64,000 bases of DNA from an uncultured Candidatus Poseidoniales archaeon (GTDB lineage Archaea; Thermoplasmatota; Poseidoniia; Poseidoniales; Poseidoniaceae): positions 22,947 through 86,946 of the forward strand of contig CAXHEV010000003.1 of NCBI GenBank assembly GCA_964015875.1. Direction: 5' to 3'. Both the position numbers and the translations under genes were made by a program. The first letter of the stretch is position 1. The number at the start of each line of letters is the position of its first letter. Below are positions 57,801 to 64,000 of the stretch, piece after piece. The notes under the pieces are model-generated. The model ran no database searches, was not told the origin of the DNA, and saw only the letters and a program-made list of their open reading frames with translations.

Positions 57801-58619
57801 ATGTCGATTGAAGTGATGGTTGGAATTAGCCTCGGCGTCTTCCTCATCGCCTTTGCATTTGCACCCGTTGGAATGGGTGGCGGGATGCTGTTTGTCCCAT
57901 TGCTTCACTACGGAGCGGGGTGGGCAATCGATGGTCGAATTATTGCTGCGTCGTTGACATTAACAGCGGTCGTCAGTTACGGGAGTGGACTCGCTCATCG
58001 TCGTGAGGGTCATGTTGATGATTCCATAGTGAAGATTGGACTGGCTGGAGCCATACCAGGAGCCTTGATCGGCGTCGTTATTGTAAGCCTGATTGGAGAC
58101 AATCTTGACCTTGTGTTCAAGATATTGAGTTTATTTATGATTTTGTGGGCGATTCGAAAAACAATTTCAAAAATGGGTACTGAGAACTCAAAGGGGATTG
58201 AAGGAGTCGAACCAACAGACTCCATCATAGAACATTCACAACTACGCTTTGGTTCAGCCATCGGAGGATTGTTGTCTAGCGTGTTGGCGATTGGAGCTGG
58301 TGTGATTTATGTGCCAATACTTCGAGCCTTTGCAAAATTACCTCCAAGGAAGGCTATAGGAAGCAGCCTCCATTTTATGATGGCCGTCATTCCAATATCC
58401 ATTCTAACACATATTCTGTTTTTGCCAACCGATTCAATGCAACGTCTTGCAAGTGATCTACCTTTCATCTCAGTCTTAGCCGCACTCACGTTTCTCGGAG
58501 CACGAAGTGGTGCGAAATTTGGAATGAAATACCTCACAGAAGAACGAATCATGCAAATCTTCCTTGCGCTGATCGTTCTTGTTGCCGTCAGGTACTCGAT
58601 TGATATCATTGGACTTTGA
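57801..58619 (+). CDS. TauE/SafE (DUF81) family anion exporter-like membrane protein
   Basis: Two internally repeated 4-TM halves with Gly-rich helices (PVGMGGGMLFVPLL ... AIGAGVIYVPIL), characteristic of the TSUP/TauE family. Confidence 0.65.
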   Translation: MSIEVMVGISLGVFLIAFAFAPVGMGGGMLFVPLLHYGAGWAIDGRIIAASLTLTAVVSYGSGLAHRREGHVDDSIVKIGLAGAIPGALIGVVIVSLIGDNLDLVFKILSLFMILWAIRKTISKMGTENSKGIEGVEPTDSIIEHSQLRFGSAIGGLLSSVLAIGAGVIYVPILRAFAKLPPRKAIGSSLHFMMAVIPISILTHILFLPTDSMQRLASDLPFISVLAALTFLGARSGAKFGMKYLTEERIMQIFLALIVLVAVRYSIDIIGL

Positions 58620-58621
58620 TG

Positions 58622-60544
58622 TTAATCTCCCCCAGTCATCTCATCTGTTGGTACGATGAAATCCAAAGCCGTTGGGTCTTCTATGGCGACAAGTCCACGG
58701 ATGCTATGTGCATCTTGAAGTTCAACTGTTGGCTGTGCAACCTTGACTCTTGTAACTCCGAGAGAAAGCACGTGACCTGGACTCACTGGTAGTCGACCTT
58801 CTGGTAACCAAAGACCAAGAGCGCCCATTTCACCATGATGCACGATGATGAGGGTATGCCCATGCTCATCAATTTCAGAACGAACAACTCGCATGGATTC
58901 GCCAGATGGAATCAACCGTTCACTGCTTTGCCAATCGTTCCAAGTGTCTTCCAATGGTTTGTTTTGTAGATTTGCAAGTTCATCTATAGCCTCAATTTTC
59001 TCGGTGAAGGCTTGTTCTTTCTCAGCAGCGATTGCATTCAATCCATCGAGGAGATCTCGCAATCCTTCATGATGCAGTGCATCGATTTTGGTCATTGCAG
59101 CATGAGCCATCACCATAAGATCTGCTAGGGATTCGATGTCAGCCTCACTGCCAGATTCTAGGGCACACTCCATCCCTTCATCAAGAATTTCAAGAGCAAG
59201 ACCTGGTTGGTCAATCGATAGCAATGAAGTCCCTATGGCCTTCAAAGATAGGGTTGCGGCAGACTTGTCTTCAATCACATATTCGCGAGCGGTCGCAATG
59301 TGGTGCTTTGCCACATCGAAATCATGATTCAAGTGTCGAGTGACCCCTGAGAGCACGAGGTATCGAAGTCTCTGGCTTCCTGTGGATTGGGCTTGGCGAT
59401 CTGCGGTCTCAAACAACCTTGCTGCTCGGGCCCAATCATCTGAACTTGTTGCGAGCAAACCGAGTTGGTGCATGCCATGCATCTCAGCAAACTCGTCATC
59501 GATCAGGGTCGCTGCTTGAAGGGCTCTTGAGAGGTGGAGGCGGGCTGCAACACGGTCGCCCGACATCTTCGACATCAATCCAAGTGCAGTCTCTGTACGT
59601 TGAACAAAACCAGCAAGAGCAGTGTTGGCCAATTCTGCATCCTTTTCACCAAGCGGGGCAAGACCCAAACCAACCGCTTCTAAGGCCTCACTGTAGGCGA
59701 GCATCGTTGTTCGATAAGCACCTTCAACGTCGTTTGAATAGGCTGTACTTGACAGGTTTGAGAGATGCTGATCTAATCCTGACATAGGAGCGCATATCTC
59801 AGGTAGTGCGCCAAGGGACTTCAGGTGTTTCCCCTTGATTTGCTCACCATTCAAGGTTCGACGCAATGCAGTAGAGAGGACTTCTTCAGCAGGTGAAGTC
59901 TCTTCTTTCTTCGTGGGTGTAGGTTGTGCTTTTGGACTGTTGATCAAGGAATCAACCATCCATGTCAATTTCGCTTGGATATCATATTCATTGACTCGAC
60001 TAATGGCGTACCTCATTTCTGCCGCTCTAATCCGTCGAGAGAGACTATTGAACGCAGATTTTGACTTCACGGATGAGAGCTCAGCGAGTCGTTGCATGAA
60101 GGTTGAAGGTGGGCATGTTGTGTAGCCAAGATTAGCCTTCTCGCTCGTGGTAGTCATCTTGAAATCGTCAGTCACCAACACCACTGTTTTCCCTTCACGA
60201 GTCAATTTCGATGCAAGCACCATAAGCGATAAGTCAACATCTTGAGGTGATGCTTTCTCGCCAATAAGTTGCGCTAAGCCTCTGATTTGAGCGTCATCAA
60301 CAGGTACTGTTGTGAGGATATCTTCGAGAGCATCTAAGAGGAGGGGTTTCTTTTTCCAGCGTTGAAAACGTACGGTTCGAACCTCACCATGTACGCCTGG
60401 AGTTACATAGAACGTATGCCTTGACGCATGCGTCATGGCCTTGATGTCTTTTAGAAACCGATCTGCAGCATAGGAGCCAAGGTGAATGAAGCAATTCGAA
60501 TCAATGACCCATGTATGACTCATCGATGCCTTGTCATAGCCCAA
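58622..60544 (-). CDS. PIN-domain protein fused to TPR-like helical repeats and a C-terminal beta domain
   Basis: PIN acidic residues in VIDSNCFIHL, VTPGVHGEV and VVLVTDDF. ~350 aa of Ala/Leu-rich helical hairpins. C-terminal ~90 aa beta-rich. No Zn ribbon, so not canonical Nob1. Confidence 0.6.
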   Translation of the reverse strand: MGYDKASMSHTWVIDSNCFIHLGSYAADRFLKDIKAMTHASRHTFYVTPGVHGEVRTVRFQRWKKKPLLLDALEDILTTVPVDDAQIRGLAQLIGEKASPQDVDLSLMVLASKLTREGKTVVLVTDDFKMTTTSEKANLGYTTCPPSTFMQRLAELSSVKSKSAFNSLSRRIRAAEMRYAISRVNEYDIQAKLTWMVDSLINSPKAQPTPTKKEETSPAEEVLSTALRRTLNGEQIKGKHLKSLGALPEICAPMSGLDQHLSNLSSTAYSNDVEGAYRTTMLAYSEALEAVGLGLAPLGEKDAELANTALAGFVQRTETALGLMSKMSGDRVAARLHLSRALQAATLIDDEFAEMHGMHQLGLLATSSDDWARAARLFETADRQAQSTGSQRLRYLVLSGVTRHLNHDFDVAKHHIATAREYVIEDKSAATLSLKAIGTSLLSIDQPGLALEILDEGMECALESGSEADIESLADLMVMAHAAMTKIDALHHEGLRDLLDGLNAIAAEKEQAFTEKIEAIDELANLQNKPLEDTWNDWQSSERLIPSGESMRVVRSEIDEHGHTLIIVHHGEMGALGLWLPEGRLPVSPGHVLSLGVTRVKVAQPTVELQDAHSIRGLVAIEDPTALDFIVPTDEMTGGD

Positions 60545-60569
60545 GGCTCTTAGGTTCTTAGGGGGAAAT

Positions 60570-60968
60570 CTACGGAGTAAGACTCGGGAAAATACAGACT
60601 TCAGGCTGCGAGAAGAATTTCATTCGATACTTAGCAACAATTCTGTACACCACATTACGAAGGGGGAGAGGTACAATCCAAGCAAAGGGGAAGAGAATCC
60701 GATAGTGCCATTTGAGATAGAGCAAGCACCGGATGGCTGCTGATGATCGCATGTATGGTTGACCATTGCGTAGGAGGTAAACCGTATCAGCATCTTGAAA
60801 TTTTTGCGGGAATTTAGCAATGATTGAGCGTCCCTCTTCACTTTCTATAGCGATAAACTTCATACTTTGAGGATCCCGTAAACGGGGGTGGAGAAACACC
60901 GCAGAGCGCGTGCATAGACCACAATCGCCATCCATTAAGAGAATGTCAGAATCACTCATCAATTCCAC
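60570..60968 (-). CDS. Thiol-disulfide oxidoreductase DCC (DUF393) family
   Basis: ILLMDGDCGLCTRSAVFL, i.e. D-C-x-x-C near the N-terminus. ~130 aa. Confidence 0.7.
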   Translation of the reverse strand: MELMSDSDILLMDGDCGLCTRSAVFLHPRLRDPQSMKFIAIESEEGRSIIAKFPQKFQDADTVYLLRNGQPYMRSSAAIRCLLYLKWHYRILFPFAWIVPLPLRNVVYRIVAKYRMKFFSQPEVCIFPSLTP

Positions 60969-61755
60969 CCTCCATTGGTAGCAAGTGCCACGTCACAACA
61001 TTAACACCTTCCGACATGTGCATCAGTTCGGGTTTAGTAGCATCCTGAATCCCGAGGTTGTAGCTTTCAACGAGGGTATTTTGCTGAACCTCTGCAATAG
61101 CATCTGCATACCACCATTTGCTATGGTGAGTGTAGCCGTGATGCAGTCGGCCTTTGTGAATGGTGTACAAGCTGTATCTTTCGAACAGGAAGTATTCGAG
61201 TGAACCTTCCTGAGCCTGCTTTAATTCTGAGCACTTCTTTGCAAACCCTTTGAGGCCAACGCCGCCTCTTGAACGACTGGATGACCAGGTGTATCCTTGA
61301 TCCAATGTGCCTTTGACGAAGGCTTTGGCATATCGGTAAGCAAGACCATACTTCCATTTGGCATAGAAGCAAGTGACCCGACTTTTAGCATCTAAGGTCA
61401 AAAAAAAGACACCTGGGACTCCATTTTTCTTAACGTAGGTCCTGATATTGAATTCACCAAACGTCGAGACGCCTGGGACTGGAGGCAAAGGATAAGGCCG
61501 TACATTTTCCATCACGAATGGGATGCATCCAATGTAGGCTTTCCCATGATGCAAATCAATTTCCAACCCGTCTGGCAGATGGTGACGAAGGATGTCAGGG
61601 TCAACCTCCCAATGGAGGAACGTGAGTTTTTTCCAGTTCTGCCTCAAGATCCAACGGCTCTCAGGCATAGGAAATGGAATGTGGTCCACAGCAAGACCAT
61701 CCTTCCTTGTGACCATGTTGGTCCATCGAGGCGAAGGTCTTGAACCATCCCTCAT
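60952..61755 (-). CDS. DUF2071 (COG3361, YqjF-like) family protein
   Basis: LTFLHWEVDPDILRHHLPDGLEIDLHHGKAYIG matches the conserved block of DUF2071 from memory. Overlaps DCC by 17 nt. Confidence 0.55.
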   Translation of the reverse strand: MRDGSRPSPRWTNMVTRKDGLAVDHIPFPMPESRWILRQNWKKLTFLHWEVDPDILRHHLPDGLEIDLHHGKAYIGCIPFVMENVRPYPLPPVPGVSTFGEFNIRTYVKKNGVPGVFFLTLDAKSRVTCFYAKWKYGLAYRYAKAFVKGTLDQGYTWSSSRSRGGVGLKGFAKKCSELKQAQEGSLEYFLFERYSLYTIHKGRLHHGYTHHSKWWYADAIAEVQQNTLVESYNLGIQDATKPELMHMSEGVNVVTWHLLPMEGGIDE

Positions 61756-62229
61756 CTATTCCAGTGATTCCAGTGAACTGGAAGCAATGGTATCCACACG
61801 TCCACCATCACCCCAAGTTGCAGCAATTCCAACCGCACAACCTAACGGTGCCATCATCATGCAAAGGATGAGCACCGGTGTCGAGACATACATCGGTCGC
61901 TTCATAGCCACCATTCGCAACCAAATAAACCGCCCAAGAAACATATCAAAGGCTAGGTAGTGCAACCAGCCGAGGATGATGACGTCTTCATCAGCAAACA
62001 GATCAATGACAATCTGGGGTGTTGGCATATCGCTTCCAAGTGCAAGTAAAATAGTACTTACTTGAGGCAATACCACGATGATGTATGGTACAAGAAGTGG
62101 TAAGAAGCAATACCGAAGATCACCAACAAAACGGCGCGTCAAATGATGTTCTGGTAAGAACCACATCAACACCCAAAATGGAAGAATCCACACCGATGAA
62201 AACCAAAACATAACTTCTGTTAATTCCAT
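61756..62229 (-). CDS. Hypothetical membrane protein (possibly ABA4-like/DUF4281)
   Basis: 157 aa, four hydrophobic helices. Abuts the DUF2071 gene with no gap. Family assignment tentative. Confidence 0.45.
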   Translation of the reverse strand: MELTEVMFWFSSVWILPFWVLMWFLPEHHLTRRFVGDLRYCFLPLLVPYIIVVLPQVSTILLALGSDMPTPQIVIDLFADEDVIILGWLHYLAFDMFLGRFIWLRMVAMKRPMYVSTPVLILCMMMAPLGCAVGIAATWGDGGRVDTIASSSLESLE

Positions 62230-62231
62230 AC

Positions 62232-64000
62232 TTATTCCTCTTCATTCATAGCAGAGATATAACGCTGCGCATCGGTTCTCAAAAAGCGGGCATAGAAAGC
62301 AGGTAAAATCACCAAGCTTGAAAGGAGAGCTAAAGCGATCGCCACAACAAAAGCCTGTCCAAACAATCTCAATGGGAGGAGTGAGGAGAGATTTAGCACA
62401 GCAAATCCACCAGCAGTGGTCAGCGCAGCCATCCACATTGCCCGACCAGTCGTTGCCGATGCGTTAGCGACCCAGTGGTGAGGATCAGCGAACGGGTTGT
62501 GTTCGACTTCCTCTTCCAAACGAATTGAAAAATGGACTGCGTAATCGACACCAAGGCCCAAGGAAAGAGCTCCGATGGTGACAGTTTGTGAATTGATTTG
62601 GTAGCCGGTGAAGCCCATTAATCCATACACCCATACAACCACCATCATCAGTGGTATCCAAGACACAAACCCTCGAGAAGCACCTTGAACCAAATCCTTC
62701 TGCCGAACAGTGTGAATGCCAATCAACATCATCAAAATGACGACGGCAACAACACCCGTGGACAGGATGGCTGAATCAGCTACGTCTGAAGTCGTCTGAG
62801 CAAGGATCAGGCTTCTTCCACCAACACGGAGATCAGCGTCACCCTCCAAGCCTTCTTCTGCCGATTCCAGCGAATCGATCATCCGCTGATTGAGATTGAT
62901 GGTTGCTTGCCAGTCAAGGGTTTCTGCTTGGAATGAAAGTACGGTTTGTTTGCCGTCGGAAGCGAGCACGGAGGAACTGAGGTCCCTACCTTCTGGCGTC
63001 TCAAGCAAGTATGTTGCGAGTTCGTCCCATGTCGATTGATTGGCATCGTCGAGTTGGCTCATCAATCCGTTGAGCATCGAATCTCGAACTTGAGCTTCAG
63101 CCAGTACATTCCACAATCCGCTGGGTGTCCCACTGACATCTGGGCTCTCAAGCAGCACCTGTTCTGCGGCAAGCCATGCCGCGTAGCCATCGGGAGTGAA
63201 GACTTCTACATCAACCACGACATACAATGGTGATCTGCTGTTTTGGAACTCATCTGATAACAGCAAAAAGTCGCCGACAACTGGAACCTCCTCATCGAAT
63301 TGGTCTCGTTGATCAAAACCAACTTCCAATTGTTGGAAACCGATAAACATCGGGGCCAACAACAAGACAGCGATGACACCAACCTTCGTTGGAGTCGCAG
63401 AAAGCCGAGCAAGCCGGTTCGCAATTGGACCAATTTCGATAGAACTGGCTTTTTCAAGTTTGAGTTTTTTCGGAGGGAACATCAGCATCAACGCTGGAAG
63501 TGCAGTAATACTGAGCAGATAAACGAGGAAGAGGCCGATGGCAATCACTGTTCCAAACACTTGGAGGAAGGACAAAGAGGAGAATCTGAAGGAAAGGAAC
63601 CCGACCATATCGGTAAAGATTGCAATCACGAGGGCAATCGAAGTCAAGACGGTCCCTCGGCGGACTGCAACTTGCCTTGCTTCATATGAGAAATCCTTCA
63701 ATGTGGCTCGTTCTATATCGTCTTTAGAATCGATTAAATTCAATTCTTCCCGAATCCTAATCACGACGTGGAGACCATAATCCACACCAATTGCTAGTAA
63801 GAGAACCGGAATTGAATTCATGGCGGCGTTGAACACCATATTGACACCAAAGAATTGCAGCCAACCAGAAAAGCCGTATGTGGCCACAATAGCAAGGACC
63901 GTTAGCGAAGTGACGAATGCGGTGTCACGCACAGAACGGAAATTGAACCACAAAATGACTGCGAGAAGCAATAATGCAGCGCTTGTCAACGTGCCAATTT
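62232..64000 (-). CDS. RND-superfamily MMPL-type exporter (partial; N-terminus beyond window end)
   Basis: Sterol-sensing-like TM bundle (LLLAIGVDYGLHVV). A large extracytoplasmic loop. A second TM bundle (LSLGLGVDYAVHF). Frame open to the window edge, so the true start is upstream of 64000. Confidence 0.75.
   Translation of the reverse strand, partial: IGTLTSAALLLLAVILWFNFRSVRDTAFVTSLTVLAIVATYGFSGWLQFFGVNMVFNAAMNSIPVLLLAIGVDYGLHVVIRIREELNLIDSKDDIERATLKDFSYEARQVAVRRGTVLTSIALVIAIFTDMVGFLSFRFSSLSFLQVFGTVIAIGLFLVYLLSITALPALMLMFPPKKLKLEKASSIEIGPIANRLARLSATPTKVGVIAVLLLAPMFIGFQQLEVGFDQRDQFDEEVPVVGDFLLLSDEFQNSRSPLYVVVDVEVFTPDGYAAWLAAEQVLLESPDVSGTPSGLWNVLAEAQVRDSMLNGLMSQLDDANQSTWDELATYLLETPEGRDLSSSVLASDGKQTVLSFQAETLDWQATINLNQRMIDSLESAEEGLEGDADLRVGGRSLILAQTTSDVADSAILSTGVVAVVILMMLIGIHTVRQKDLVQGASRGFVSWIPLMMVVVWVYGLMGFTGYQINSQTVTIGALSLGLGVDYAVHFSIRLEEEVEHNPFADPHHWVANASATTGRAMWMAALTTAGGFAVLNLSSLLPLRLFGQAFVVAIALALLSSLVILPAFYARFLRTDAQRYISAMNEEE

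Noticed and set aside
1-64000. CRISPR arrays, IS elements, integrases, rRNA
   Set aside because: No short direct-repeat/spacer periodicity, transposase/integrase motifs or rRNA-like conserved stretches were noticed by eye. This was not computationally scanned.

Overview
This 64 kb window is archaeal chromosomal DNA, about 50% GC and densely coding. Archaeal markers include aRF1 with NIKS and GGQ motifs, aIF2-beta, class I LysRS, a Nog1-like GTPase, aTrm56, archaeal-type UMP kinase, a tRNA-Leu very similar to haloarchaeal tRNA-Leu, and leaderless or SD-led genes. By inference only, the gene content points to an aerobic marine Thermoplasmatota / Marine-Group-II-like euryarchaeon: class Ia RNR, a lipoylated 2-oxoacid dehydrogenase complex, and giant Asp-rich N-glycosylated surface proteins.

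Most of the window is housekeeping:
- DNA repair and nucleotide metabolism: XPD helicase; nrdB-nrdA (class Ia RNR); carA-carB; dUTPase; pyrH.
- Lipoate and 2-oxoacid metabolism: lipA plus E1alpha/E1beta/E2/E3 of a 2-oxoacid dehydrogenase; lipB and ubiX about 8 kb downstream.
- Translation: aRF1, ArgRS, LysRS class I, aIF2-beta.
- Folate/pterin: folB, folP and pterin-4a-carbinolamine dehydratase, dispersed across the window.

The most unusual locus is a co-oriented two-gene surface module at 3.9-16 kb, bounded on one side by tRNA-Leu(UAA):
- A 982-aa type-I membrane protein with an acidic cytoplasmic tail.
- A 2995-aa giant protein with a signal peptide, a long run of thrombospondin-type-3-like Ca-binding Asp repeats, many beta domains full of N-x-S/T sequons, and an embedded transglutaminase-like core whose His position looks substituted.
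- The giant protein ends in a C-terminal TM helix and a DUF4129-like cytoplasmic tail.

Other leads:
- A SAP-motif/TM/M28-peptidase fusion.
- A PIN+TPR protein.
- A tight MMPL-exporter/DUF4281-like/DUF2071/DCC operon at the window end.
- A Zn-ribbon protein with an H1-like lysine-rich tail.
- A coiled-coil + SPFH-like pair.
- A Cys-rich unknown downstream of folB.
- An RHH regulator whose promoter carries ATTAC/GTAAT half-sites and a GGCCCGGGCC palindrome.
- A GC-rich, multi-hairpin 330-bp region upstream of XPD.

No CRISPR array, transposase, integrase or rRNA was seen. All family assignments are from motif recognition by eye; no database search was run.
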